Positions 51,813 through 61,626 of a stretch of DNA of 64,000 bases are shown one piece after another. Within the stretch, counting starts at the first letter, position 1. Each line of letters begins with the position of its first letter. Both the position numbers and the translations under genes were made by a program. A model generated the notes under the pieces. The model was not told the origin of the DNA. It was given only the letters and a program-made list of their open reading frames with translations, and made no database searches. Origin of the DNA: Saccharofermentanales bacterium (lineage in GTDB: Bacteria > Bacillota > Clostridia > Saccharofermentanales > DTU023); assembly GCA_050951925.1 (NCBI GenBank), contig JBMNJZ010000001.1:464284-528283 (forward strand), in the 5' to 3' direction.

Positions 51813-52952
51813 TTAAGATCTTATTTCAAAGTTATTTCCGGTCAGGGGGATTAGCGTATCCGGCGGTGTTCCGTGAAGATTGCAAAATTCGCTGAAAGCG
51901 GCAAAAGCTATGGCAGCGGTTGGCTCAGCCTTCAGTCCGTAACGGTGGAGGTCCTGCCCTGCTTGTTCGATTGCCTGCTCGCTCACTTGCTGCCAGCTGA
52001 TATGGTATTTCCCGGTCAGAGCCAACAGTTCGCGCCCGCGGGCGGGGCGGGCTATGGCGATACCTTCAGCCAATGTTGGCCTGGCGCTGATTGGATAAGG
52101 CGAATTCTCTTTTCTCTCCCAAGCAGTAGCGAGAGGGGCGCAGTTGGCGCTCTGAACGGCAATGAGCTGGGGGAAATTGGTTAGAAGCCCGGCGGCGCGC
52201 AGATCCTCCAGCCCCTGAATCAACCCCAGCAACAGAGTGCCGTTGCCGACAGGCAAGAAAATATGCTGCGGCATTTTCCGTCTTTGCTCAAAAAGCTCAT
52301 ATACGATGGTTTTGACGCCCTGGATAAACAGAGGCTGGTAGACATGGCTGGCATAAAACGGACGGGAGTGGTTGGAGTTGGCTGTGGTGTCAGTGGCATC
52401 GAGTCGTGCCCGCAAAACTTCAGCGCAGTGATCACGCGAGCCGGGGACTATATGTACGGCAGCGCCCGCAGCTTCAATCTTCGCGATCTTGCCCGGACTG
52501 GCGTTCTCCGGTACATAGATCTCACAGGGCAGGCCGGCTTTGGCGGCATAGGCTGCTACACTAAGGCCGGCATTGCCGCTGCTGTCCTGGACGATACTCG
52601 TGGCTCCCCTTTGCAGGGCGAAGGCTATCACTGCCCATGCTCCGCGATCTTTGAAGGAGCCATGGGGCAATGCGGATTCGTTTTTGACGCATAGATCCGG
52701 CGTCAGTTGCAACAAAGGCGTCTGAGTCTCTTGCTGGCTGAGACGAATTAATGTATCTGCCGGCAGTGGCAAAAAAGGGGCGTATCTGGCTAATCCGGGA
52801 TTGTTGCGCTGGATCCGGCCCGGGCTGAATGGCTCGATAGCATCGGTATCCCCTGCAGACGCAAGTTGCCAAAGGCCGCCGCAGTTACAGCGGTAGCTGG
52901 CCCTGTCGGCGGCGACCTGTTGCAAACAATTGCTGCAAATGAAGTCAATCAT
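51813..52952 (-). CDS. threonine-synthase-like PLP-dependent (PALP fold) enzyme with N-terminal Cys4 zinc ribbon
   Basis: The zinc ribbon is CSNC...CNCGG. The PLP-Lys motif is HGSFKDRGAWAV. SSGNAG is also present. Confidence 0.7.
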   Translation of the reverse strand: MIDFICSNCLQQVAADRASYRCNCGGLWQLASAGDTDAIEPFSPGRIQRNNPGLARYAPFLPLPADTLIRLSQQETQTPLLQLTPDLCVKNESALPHGSFKDRGAWAVIAFALQRGATSIVQDSSGNAGLSVAAYAAKAGLPCEIYVPENASPGKIAKIEAAGAAVHIVPGSRDHCAEVLRARLDATDTTANSNHSRPFYASHVYQPLFIQGVKTIVYELFEQRRKMPQHIFLPVGNGTLLLGLIQGLEDLRAAGLLTNFPQLIAVQSANCAPLATAWERKENSPYPISARPTLAEGIAIARPARGRELLALTGKYHISWQQVSEQAIEQAGQDLHRYGLKAEPTAAIAFAAFSEFCNLHGTPPDTLIPLTGNNFEIRS

Positions 52953-53047
52953 AGCCCAATTCTAGCAAAAAGCACCAATGAATAATTGGAAAAGACGACT
53001 TGATGGCGCCTTCGTCAAAACATTACCGGTATGATCGGGAGAGTAGC

Positions 53048-53566
53048 CTAGAGATAGTCCAGGATGACAGACCAATCCGCGATCAGGGCAGCCAGTGATT
53101 TGACGGCATTGGCCGGGGAAGTGCTGGGCATTTTCCTGACCTTTATCTGCGGGCGCGCCGGCTGGTATTTCTTGTAATATTGATATGCTGCGGCGCCGTT
53201 GCAGAAGACCTGGCTGATTCCGGTCGCGGCAAAGATCTGTTCGAAGTCATTTGGCACTACATTGCGAATCGAGCTGTCACTGCTGCCTATGATCTCACAG
53301 GCGCCGATACTGTCCCAGATAGCGATGCCGCTGGCCAGCATGATCTTTGCGGTGCGTTCCGGATCAGCTGCCGCGAGTGGCGGCACGATCTGCAGCAGAG
53401 CGGACATCATCGGCCAGAAACGGTTCTGCGGATGTCCGTAGAAAAAGCCTGCCTCTCTGGTTTTGATCGAAGGGAAGCTGCCGAGGATCAAGATACGGCT
53501 GTGCTCGTCATACAGTGGCGGCAAGGGATGTTCAATGAATTGGTGTCCGGGATCTTCCTTAGCCAT
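53048..53566 (-). CDS. uracil-DNA glycosylase superfamily protein (DNA-deoxyinosine glycosylase-like)
   Basis: HPLPPLYDEHSRILILGSFPSIKTREAGFFYGHPQNRFWPMM is recalled from hypoxanthine-DNA glycosylase-type UDG family proteins. The start is uncertain (53566 or 53605). Confidence 0.55.
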   Translation of the reverse strand: MAKEDPGHQFIEHPLPPLYDEHSRILILGSFPSIKTREAGFFYGHPQNRFWPMMSALLQIVPPLAAADPERTAKIMLASGIAIWDSIGACEIIGSSDSSIRNVVPNDFEQIFAATGISQVFCNGAAAYQYYKKYQPARPQIKVRKMPSTSPANAVKSLAALIADWSVILDYL

Positions 53567-53577
53567 GACTATACAAT

Positions 53578-54369
53578 TTAGCTGTACAGTTTGCCGACTA
53601 CCCAATTGGTGAGGCGGAGCGGCAACAGTTTGTAGAGCAAGCTGAGCAGCTTATAGGAGAAACCGACGACCGTCTGAGGCGGAGGATTCGGATGATGGGC
53701 GAGGCGCCAGATTACCTTGGCTACTGAAAGCGGCGGCTTGCCTTTGCGTTCATCTGCCTCCATTTTGGCTACGGAAGTGCGGACTTTGCTGCCGTAGCAA
53801 TCGGGATCGGCCTGATTATGGATGCGGTTATCCGTAAAAGGAGTGGCGGTATCTCCCGGCAATACGGTCAAAGCTCGCACGCCGGTCGGCCTGAGCTCAT
53901 TGTCAAGGGCCAGAAAGGAGGATAGAAGCGCGGCTTTGGAGGCGCTGTACCAGGATTGATAGGGAATGGCGATTCTGCCGGCCACAGACGAGACGGCGAT
54001 CAGACGTCCCTGGCTTGCCCGCAATGCAGGAAGAGCAGCTTGGGCCAGGCGCAGGGCTCCGTGTAAATTAATCTCCAGCTGGCGCTTAGCGTCCTGATCA
54101 GTTGTTCCCTCCAGGCTGCCGGCAATACCGATGCCGGCATTGGCGACGCAGACATCGATTCTGCCTGCTTCCTGCGTGACCAATTCGATGGCGCTTCTGA
54201 CCTGGTCTTCGGAGCTGACATCGCAGGCTATATGGCGGCAAATCTCTGCCGGCGCGCCGCCGCGGCGCGACAGATCATAGACCAGGAAACCGCGTTCGGC
54301 AAAATAGCTTGCAGTAGCAAGGCCTATCCCGCTTGAGCCGCCGGATATAACCAGAACTTTCTTCTCCAT
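53578..54369 (-). CDS. SDR-family oxidoreductase
   Basis: MEKKVLVISGGSSGIGLATA is a TGxxxGxG-like motif. NAG is present, and YSASKAAL is the catalytic YxxxK. Confidence 0.85.
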   Translation of the reverse strand: MEKKVLVISGGSSGIGLATASYFAERGFLVYDLSRRGGAPAEICRHIACDVSSEDQVRSAIELVTQEAGRIDVCVANAGIGIAGSLEGTTDQDAKRQLEINLHGALRLAQAALPALRASQGRLIAVSSVAGRIAIPYQSWYSASKAALLSSFLALDNELRPTGVRALTVLPGDTATPFTDNRIHNQADPDCYGSKVRTSVAKMEADERKGKPPLSVAKVIWRLAHHPNPPPQTVVGFSYKLLSLLYKLLPLRLTNWVVGKLYS

Positions 54370-54657
54370 CAATTATCTTCCTCCATTCCCGATTCAGACA
54401 TATCTTACCATGAGTCGGGAAACCGCGGCTGATTATCGTAACGCCCTGTTTTGTGTTTAATTTTGAATATTTTCCCTATTAATACTCATATTCTCGCAAT
54501 ATACTCTGTAGAAAAGGGCGCTTTTTTTGTATAATATAGTTGTTTCCGAGTGACAGCAGAATATTTAAGATCGAAATTCCGCATCAGCGGATAAAACTAA
54601 AATCCGGAAGCCAAATCCGGAGATTCGCTTCAAAGACTGCGATAAAAGGAGGTACAC

Positions 54658-55299
54658 ATGAAGATTTTAATGACAGCATTTGATCCCTTTGGCGGCGAAA
54701 GTGTCAATCCGGCTCAAGAGGCCGTCAAGCATGTCGATGTAACAGGCCTTGGGGCAGAAGTAATCAAGATCGAAATTCCGACTGTGTTCGGCAAGGCCAT
54801 CGAAGTGGTGGCGGAAGCGATGCGCCGCGAGCGGCCGGATGTCGTAGTGGCAGTCGGTCAGGCAGGCGGCCGCTTTGAGATCACTCCCGAGCGGGTCGCA
54901 ATCAATGTTGACGACGCCAGAATTGCCGACAATGAGGGCAATCAGCCGATTGATCAGCCTATCTTCGCCGACGGCCCGGCGGCCTATTTTGCTACTATTC
55001 CTATCAAGGCGATGGTGAAGGCGATTCAGGACATCGGTATCCCGGCCGCTGTTTCGAATACGGCGGGCACTTTCGTCTGCAATCATCTTATGTACGGAAT
55101 TCTGTATCTGATTGACAAAGAACTGCCTCAGGCGCGCGGGGGCTTTATCCACGTTCCGTTCATACCGGAGCAGGCGGTCTCGCGCCGCGAAGCGCCATCG
55201 ATGTCGATGGAGGATATCAGCAGAGCTCTGCGGGCATCCCTCGAAGCAATCATCAAATATGAAGATGATATCGAGCTGGTAGGCGGGGCTGAGCACTAG
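54658..55299 (+). CDS. pcp: pyroglutamyl-peptidase I
   Basis: MKILMTAFDPFGGESVNPA is present, GTFVCNHLMYG carries the catalytic Cys, and IHVP carries the catalytic His. Confidence 0.9.
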   Translation: MKILMTAFDPFGGESVNPAQEAVKHVDVTGLGAEVIKIEIPTVFGKAIEVVAEAMRRERPDVVVAVGQAGGRFEITPERVAINVDDARIADNEGNQPIDQPIFADGPAAYFATIPIKAMVKAIQDIGIPAAVSNTAGTFVCNHLMYGILYLIDKELPQARGGFIHVPFIPEQAVSRREAPSMSMEDISRALRASLEAIIKYEDDIELVGGAEH

Positions 55300-55312
55300 A
55301 CTCAAGTTTCCT

Positions 55313-55352
55313 TGACGAAGGCGCACCGGACCCATACAGCGCGCCTTCGTCA
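55313..55352 (+). terminator. 12-bp hairpin built from an inverted pair of the GCGCCTTCGT motif (no clear U-tract)
   Basis: TGACGAAGGCGC - 16 nt - GCGCCTTCGTCA, immediately after the pcp stop. Confidence 0.4.
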
Positions 55353-55516
55353 CATTCGCTCAATTTGTGCTCGCAGTCTGACTGAAGGACTGTAGCCCTG
55401 GAAGTCGGTGCGGGGGCTGACTTGCGGCTGATCCGGCCGCTTATAGAGCCAAGGTATTGTGATATAATCACTTTATAAGTCAATAAGCCTTAATTTACCT
55501 GACAGAAGAGGGATTT

Positions 55517-56221
55517 ATGGATCTAAAAATACTAGTTGTTGATGATGAGCCCAATATTGTCGATATCCTGGAAGAAAATTTATCGCGCGAGGGCTATACA
55601 ATTCTGAAAGCCTATGATGGAGCTGCCGCGCTGCAACTGGCATTGGATGAAGATCCGGACCTGATTTTGCTGGATTGCATGTTGCCGCGCCTGGACGGAT
55701 TTGAGGTCTGCAAGCGCATCAGGCTTAAGTCCTCGGTGCCGATTATTATGCTGACGGCCAAGAGCGAAGAGATCGATAAAGTATTGGGTCTGGAGCTGGG
55801 CGCGGACGACTATATCACTAAGCCGTTCAGTGTGCGGGAAGTGCTGGCGCGGGTGAAGGCTTTGATCAGGCGAGTCCAGTACAGCGAAAATGAGCAGGTC
55901 GATTCCGATCAGGTGCTGGTATTCGGCGATCTCGAGATCGATCAGGCCGGTTACCAGGTGTCCTATCAGGGCAAGCCGATCGAGCTGACTTTGCGCGAGT
56001 TCGAGTTGGTTCGTTTCCTGGCCAGACATGAGGGGCAGGTCTTCTCGCGCGAGGAGCTGCTGGAAAAAGTCTGGGGCTATGAATACTACGGCGATGTGAG
56101 GACTGTGGATGTTACGGTGCGGCGCACCAGGGAGAAGCTGGAGCCGGACCAGAGTCAATACCAGTATCTGCTGACGAAACGCGGAGTGGGCTATTATTTC
56201 TCCAAGGATCACAGCAGATGA
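55517..56221 (+). CDS. OmpR-family response regulator, WalR/YycF-like
   Basis: KILVVDDEPNIVDILEENLSREGY..DLILLDCMLPRLDG..PIIMLTAKSEEIDKVLGLELGADDYITKPFS closely parallels WalR as recalled. A winged-helix C-terminus is present. Confidence 0.85.
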   Translation: MDLKILVVDDEPNIVDILEENLSREGYTILKAYDGAAALQLALDEDPDLILLDCMLPRLDGFEVCKRIRLKSSVPIIMLTAKSEEIDKVLGLELGADDYITKPFSVREVLARVKALIRRVQYSENEQVDSDQVLVFGDLEIDQAGYQVSYQGKPIELTLREFELVRFLARHEGQVFSREELLEKVWGYEYYGDVRTVDVTVRRTREKLEPDQSQYQYLLTKRGVGYYFSKDHSR

Positions 56222-56351
56222 GCCGGCTTACCGCTTGAGCATTTGCGCAGAGGCAGGGGGAGATCCGGTCGCCGCCGGTGATCTGAAAAGCTGAACAGAC
56301 ACGAAGGCGAAATCGGGCTTGACAGAGCCGGGCGGAAATTCAAAAACGAGT

Positions 56352-57725
56352 ATGAATACTGCTGGAATCATAGTAGTAACAGCTATCCTGACGACAGCGA
56401 TCTGTATGATCGCTGTCTTTGTGTGGGAACATTTCCGCCGCCGAACCAGAGATGACCATATGATGAACGTAATTAATCAAGTTCGTCATGAGCGCTTTGA
56501 ATCGCAGGCGATATTGGCGGCACTGGATTTGGGTATTGTGGCCTATGGCAGTGATGATCATCTTCTGACCGCAAATGAGATGGCCCGCACTGTGCTCAAT
56601 GAGATTCCCGAGACTTTTGCGCAATTTTGTCAGGATTACGGCGAAGAAAATGGTATCCGGGCTTCGATCCTGCTGGGCAATGATTATGTGACCGGTGTTT
56701 ATGTATCCGGCGACCGTTCCTATCGCATTACGATCCAGAGTCAGAAATTGGGCGGGAAAGCCAGCCGCCGCTACGGCCATATCGTGATGGTCCAGGATAT
56801 TACAGCTCAGGAAAACGAGGAACGCCGGCGCAAAGAATTTGTAGCCAATGTCTCTCATGAGCTGAAAACACCGCTGACTACGATTAAGTCCTGGTCTGAG
56901 TCGCTCCTGGATTGGGGTGTGGATGAGAAAGATACGGCAGGAATCAAGGCTGATATACAGAGAATCTATGATGATTCTCTGCGCATGGAGCAACTGGTCT
57001 CTGACTTGTTGCTCTTGTCTTCGATTGACAGTCAGGGCGTCCATGTGGATATTCAGCCGATCAATCTCGATCAGATTGCGCGATCGATTACGGAACGGCT
57101 TTTACCCCAGGCCGAAGAGCGCAAACAAGAGCTCAGTTTCACCAGATTGGGCAAGCTGCCGTTGATTTACGGTGATCGCGTCGCTCTGGAACGTATCTTG
57201 TCCAATCTGATTACCAATGCCATAAAATATACGCCGGAAGGCGGTAAAATTTCTATCTATGCCAATAGTCTAATTGACGAGGTCTATGTTAAAGTAGTGG
57301 ACAATGGCGAAGGCATCAAGAGTGAATACCATGAGGAAATCTTCAGCCGCTTTTTCCGTCTCGATACTACCGGCTCCAGAATGTACGGCGGCACCGGTCT
57401 CGGTTTGTCTATTGTGCGGGAGCTTACGCATCTGCACCGAGGGCGGATCGAGCTGAAAAGCGAAGTGGGGGAAGGATGCGAATTTATGGTATTGATTCCC
57501 TCCATGATGAAGGTGCGGCGTGATGTCTTGATCGACCTGGTAGCGAGAAATGTGATTGATGATGCCTGCGGCAAAGCGGCGGAGAGCGATATCCGCTCAT
57601 TCCTGGCAGTAAAGGACGACCGCAAATGGCCGCCGCCCCTGACCATGAACGAAGCAGAGCTCATCCTGAAAGAGATGGGCCAAAAAGATGAAATTTATGA
57701 GGAAAATATTCTGCGGCAGCGCTAA
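56352..57725 (+). CDS. sensor histidine kinase (WalK-like H-box, shorter sensor region)
   Basis: The H-box is FVANVSHELKTPLTTIKSW. N, G1 and G2 boxes are present (LITNAIKYTP, DNGEGI, GGTGLGLSIV). The start is uncertain (TTG 56319 or ATG 56352). Confidence 0.8.
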   Translation: MNTAGIIVVTAILTTAICMIAVFVWEHFRRRTRDDHMMNVINQVRHERFESQAILAALDLGIVAYGSDDHLLTANEMARTVLNEIPETFAQFCQDYGEENGIRASILLGNDYVTGVYVSGDRSYRITIQSQKLGGKASRRYGHIVMVQDITAQENEERRRKEFVANVSHELKTPLTTIKSWSESLLDWGVDEKDTAGIKADIQRIYDDSLRMEQLVSDLLLLSSIDSQGVHVDIQPINLDQIARSITERLLPQAEERKQELSFTRLGKLPLIYGDRVALERILSNLITNAIKYTPEGGKISIYANSLIDEVYVKVVDNGEGIKSEYHEEIFSRFFRLDTTGSRMYGGTGLGLSIVRELTHLHRGRIELKSEVGEGCEFMVLIPSMMKVRRDVLIDLVARNVIDDACGKAAESDIRSFLAVKDDRKWPPPLTMNEAELILKEMGQKDEIYEENILRQR

Positions 57726-57754
57726 TGCTGCGGACAGAAATATTGAGGTCTTTA

Positions 57755-59140
57755 GTGTTTTGTTATAGCATCGAAGGCGGACACCGCCTCAGCGGCCAGA
57801 TTGAAGTCAGCGGTTCTAAGAACGCTGCTCTTGCTATTATCGGCGCTGCCATGGCTCTTGACGGGCCATGCCTGATTCATAATTTGCCCAATGTCCGGGA
57901 TGTATGTTTCTTCCTTGAAGTCTGCTCCGACATCGGAGCAAAGGTGGAAAAGCTTGGAGCGAACAAGGTGCGGATTGATCCCACTACCATTGCCGGCCCG
58001 GAAGCAATCTCACCGAAAGTCGCTATGTTGAGGGGCTCCTACTACCTGCTGGGGGCCTTGCAATCGCGTTTCGGCGCCTGCAAGGTTACCATGCCGGGCG
58101 GCTGCAATCTCGGTGTCCGACCGATTGATCTGCACCTTAAGGGCTTTATGGCCCTGGGATCAGAGGTGGATATTATCTACCGCAATATAAACCGCGAAGA
58201 GATCTGGTTTCACTATGACGGCGGCACCGGATCCCTGCCCGGCCAGGATGGACCTGATGCCTATACCTTGGAACCTGCCTTCATTCATTGTCAAAATCCC
58301 GCCGGCAAAATGAGACCGGCCAGTGTTTTCCTTGACACGGTCAGTGTCGGCGCCACTGTCAATATCATGATCGCTGCTGTCAAGGCCGATGGCATCACCG
58401 TGATCGACAATGCTGCCCGCGAACCGCATATCGTTGATGTCGCTAACTTCCTTAACACTATGGGCGCCGACATCCGTGGAGCCGGTACCGAAACCATCCG
58501 TATTAAGGGCAAACCTTATCTACCTGCCGACAAGGAATATACGATTATTCCCGATCAGATCGAAGCCGGTACTTATATGATGATGGCTCCGCTGACCGGC
58601 GGCGATATCACAGTCAACAATATCATTCCCACGCATATGGAGCCTTTGAGCGCTAAGTTGCTGGAGATGGGGGTCACAGTCGAAGAGGGCGAGGAGAGCA
58701 TCCGTGTCAGTACCGAGCCGGGCCTGATCCTGAGGCCGACCAGTATCAAGACTATGCCCTATCCCGGTTTTCCAACTGATTTGCAGCCGCAGGTCACTAC
58801 CTTGCTCTGTACGGCGGAGGGTACCAGCCGTGTAATAGAAACGGTCTGGGAAAACCGCTATGGCTATGTTGCGGAACTGACCAAGCTGGGCGCCAATGTT
58901 GTAACTTCCGGCCGCTTGGCCGTTATCACCGGGGGCGGCGAGCTTACCGGCACCAGAGTCCGGGCCTTGGATCTGCGTGGCGGCATGGCCGTCACTATGG
59001 CCGGGCTTGCCGCCCGCGGCGAAACCATAGTGGAAAATATCGGCGTAATTGAGCGCGGCTACGAAGACACTATTGATAAAATCAGCTCACTGGGCGGAGT
59101 TATTACCCGATACGAAGTTGATACAGGCAGTTACCGATGA
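57755..59140 (+). CDS. murA: UDP-N-acetylglucosamine 1-carboxyvinyltransferase, paralog with ~35-aa insertion
   Basis: IEGGHRLSGQIEVSGSKNAAL is present, and PGGCNLGVRPIDLHLKG carries the active-site Cys. The probable GTG start is at 57755, after GAGG. Confidence 0.85.
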   Translation: MFCYSIEGGHRLSGQIEVSGSKNAALAIIGAAMALDGPCLIHNLPNVRDVCFFLEVCSDIGAKVEKLGANKVRIDPTTIAGPEAISPKVAMLRGSYYLLGALQSRFGACKVTMPGGCNLGVRPIDLHLKGFMALGSEVDIIYRNINREEIWFHYDGGTGSLPGQDGPDAYTLEPAFIHCQNPAGKMRPASVFLDTVSVGATVNIMIAAVKADGITVIDNAAREPHIVDVANFLNTMGADIRGAGTETIRIKGKPYLPADKEYTIIPDQIEAGTYMMMAPLTGGDITVNNIIPTHMEPLSAKLLEMGVTVEEGEESIRVSTEPGLILRPTSIKTMPYPGFPTDLQPQVTTLLCTAEGTSRVIETVWENRYGYVAELTKLGANVVTSGRLAVITGGGELTGTRVRALDLRGGMAVTMAGLAARGETIVENIGVIERGYEDTIDKISSLGGVITRYEVDTGSYR

Positions 59141-59940
59141 GATATCTCAGATCCTGTGCTCTGCGCTCCGGTTCAAGCGGCAACGCGATTCTGCTTGCTT
59201 CCGAGCAGAGCTCCTTGCTGGTTGACGCAGGCATTACAGGCAGAGGACTGGCCTGTGCCTTGCAAGAGCTGGAAGAAGACCCGGCAAAGCTGAAAGGTAT
59301 TCTGTTAACCCATGAGCATTGGGATCATATCTCCGGGTTAGGTGTTTTGCTCCGTCGTTACCGGGTTCCGCTCTATCTTAACCGCAAAACTCTGCAAGCC
59401 TGCCTTTCAGACTTGGGCAAAGTCGATCCCGACCTGATCAGGGTCATCTACGATTACGAGACAATCCGGATCGACGATTTCGAGATTAAACCGTTCCCGA
59501 TTTCACATGATGCGGCGGATCCTGTCGGCTATACCGCAAAGACCGATCTGGGCATGATCGGCATCTGCACCGACTTGGGCTATACGGACGAATATGTCTA
59601 CAAGGCTTTGGCAGGAACAGATATCTGCTATCTGGAGGCCAATTACGATCCGGGGATGCTGAAAGCCGGCAGCTATCCTCCGTATCTGAAAGAACGAATA
59701 GCCGGTCATCAGGGACATCTTTCAAATCATGACTGCGGTCGGGCCTGTGTGCAGTTGCTGGAACAGGGAACCGAACGAATCGTACTGTCTCATCTTTCGC
59801 TGGAGAATAATTTCCCGCCTCTCGCCCTCTTGACGGTCAATGATGCTCTGACAGCGGCGGGGGCTAAGGAAAGTCTGGATTATCAGCTGACTGCCGCCAG
59901 ACGTTTCGATATCTCCGTGCCTCAAGGACTGACAGGTTGA
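59137..59940 (+). CDS. MBL-fold metallo-hydrolase, YycJ/WalJ-like
   Basis: LRSGSSGNAILLASEQSSLLVDAG and ILLTHEHWDHISGLGVL parallel B. subtilis YycJ as recalled. It has a 4-nt overlap with the upstream murA. Confidence 0.75.
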   Translation: MRYLRSCALRSGSSGNAILLASEQSSLLVDAGITGRGLACALQELEEDPAKLKGILLTHEHWDHISGLGVLLRRYRVPLYLNRKTLQACLSDLGKVDPDLIRVIYDYETIRIDDFEIKPFPISHDAADPVGYTAKTDLGMIGICTDLGYTDEYVYKALAGTDICYLEANYDPGMLKAGSYPPYLKERIAGHQGHLSNHDCGRACVQLLEQGTERIVLSHLSLENNFPPLALLTVNDALTAAGAKESLDYQLTAARRFDISVPQGLTG

Positions 59941-60025
59941 ATTTGAATACCATTTGCCAATATAGGACGATATCGGTTAATATTAACCGGTTATTAATTG
60001 TGTATAGATTGTACGAGGGGTAGCC

Positions 60026-61327
60026 GTGAGTTCATATCTGCTCGAGGGCGGTCAGCGCCTGGAGGGTGAAATTAAAATAAGCGGTTCCAAGAATGCCGCG
60101 CTGCCGGTGCTGGCGGCTACAGCTCTATTGGAGGGCTGCTACCGGATTGAGAATGTACCGTTGATTGACGACATCCGCACTTTGCTGGAGATTCTCAGAT
60201 CACTGGGGGCGGAAGTTGAGTTTCTGCCGGAAGGCACCGTTCTGATCGACAGTTCCACTATCAATAATTGCACCGCGATTTCTGAACGGGTCGGCAAGCT
60301 TCGCGGCTCCTATTATCTGCTTGGTGCCTTGCTGGGGCGCTTTGGCGAAGTACAGCTGCGGCTGCCTGGTGGTTGCGATTTCGGCAGAAGGCCTATCGAT
60401 CTGCATTTAAAAGGCTTGCGGCAATTAGGTGCCGAAATCATCGAGGAAGAGTGCGTTGTTTATTGCCGCTGCAGTGAACTTACGGGCAGCAATATTTTTC
60501 TGGATATTGTCAGTGTCGGAGCCACGGCCAATATTATGCTGGCTGCTGCCAGAGCCAAAGGCACGACCACAATTTACAATGCCGCCAGAGAGCCGCATAT
60601 TGTAGACCTGGCGAATTTTCTTAATGCGATGGGGGCGAGGATTCAAGGCGCCGGCACTGATATTATCCGTATCCGGGGCAGAGCTGCCTTTAGGCCGACC
60701 GGGAGTTATTCTATTATCCCGGACCAGATCGAAGCCGGAACATATCTGGCGATGGCTGCTCTGACCGCAGGAGATATCGCCTTGCGGAATGTAATTCCCA
60801 GTCATCTCGATGCCTTGATCGCCAAGTTGAGAGAAATGGGCGTCGACTTTGAAATAGGCGAAGAGGAAGTTAGAGCTATGAGGGCTCCGCATACTGCCCT
60901 GACAGCGACCAATTTTGTTACGGCGCCCTATCCGGGCTTTCCGACTGATTTGCAGCCGCAGATGATGGTTCTCCTGACTCAGGCTGCGGGAGTGGGCAAG
61001 GTGACGGAGAATGTCTGGAACAATCGCTTCCAATATATTCCCGGTCTCAAGCAGCTGGGAGCCAGAATTGTCACTCAGGGCAGATCGGCTTTTGTCACCG
61101 GTCCGGTTCAATTTACCGGTTCCCGGGTTGCGGCGTATGATCTGAGGGCAGGTGCCGCTATGGTTATGGCGGGGCTTGTCTCGAGCGGTACCACGGAGAT
61201 CGCCAATATTGAGTTAATCGAGCGCGGTTATGAGAATTTTGTCGCAAAGATGCTGCAGCTGGGCGCTAAAATTATTAAGCGTGAAGAGCCGATGACAAAT
61301 ATTACGGAAATTGATTTTGTAAGCTAG
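60026..61327 (+). CDS. murA: UDP-N-acetylglucosamine 1-carboxyvinyltransferase (canonical-length paralog)
   Basis: LEGGQRLEGEIKISGSKNAALP and PGGCDFGRRPIDLHLKG are present. GTG start; 433 aa. Confidence 0.9.
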   Translation: MSSYLLEGGQRLEGEIKISGSKNAALPVLAATALLEGCYRIENVPLIDDIRTLLEILRSLGAEVEFLPEGTVLIDSSTINNCTAISERVGKLRGSYYLLGALLGRFGEVQLRLPGGCDFGRRPIDLHLKGLRQLGAEIIEEECVVYCRCSELTGSNIFLDIVSVGATANIMLAAARAKGTTTIYNAAREPHIVDLANFLNAMGARIQGAGTDIIRIRGRAAFRPTGSYSIIPDQIEAGTYLAMAALTAGDIALRNVIPSHLDALIAKLREMGVDFEIGEEEVRAMRAPHTALTATNFVTAPYPGFPTDLQPQMMVLLTQAAGVGKVTENVWNNRFQYIPGLKQLGARIVTQGRSAFVTGPVQFTGSRVAAYDLRAGAAMVMAGLVSSGTTEIANIELIERGYENFVAKMLQLGAKIIKREEPMTNITEIDFVS

Positions 61328-61377
61328 AGGCCACTTGAACGATCATCTGCCACGATTGAATTATTGATATGCGCCGG

Positions 61378-61407
61378 AAAAAGCCAGTACAAACTGGCTT
61401 ATTTTTA
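61378..61407 (+). terminator. intrinsic terminator after murA
   Basis: AAAAAGCCAGT-acaa-ACTGGCTTATTTTTA. Confidence 0.7.
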
Positions 61408-61626
61408 TGTCCGGACTGACAGGAGAGCGTGGCAACGGTGAACCAAACACTGAAATCAGCCTATCAGCCTATTTCCGTTTATTCCGGAATGATATAATGA
61501 AATGGAATATAGGCGGTCAAGAACCGCAAAGGATAGACCTAGTACACATACTGCGAACTTTAACCTCGGGTCAGACTCGGCGCGAGGCTAGTTGCGCGTC
61601 TTATTTGCAGAAACAAAGGAGCGGAC

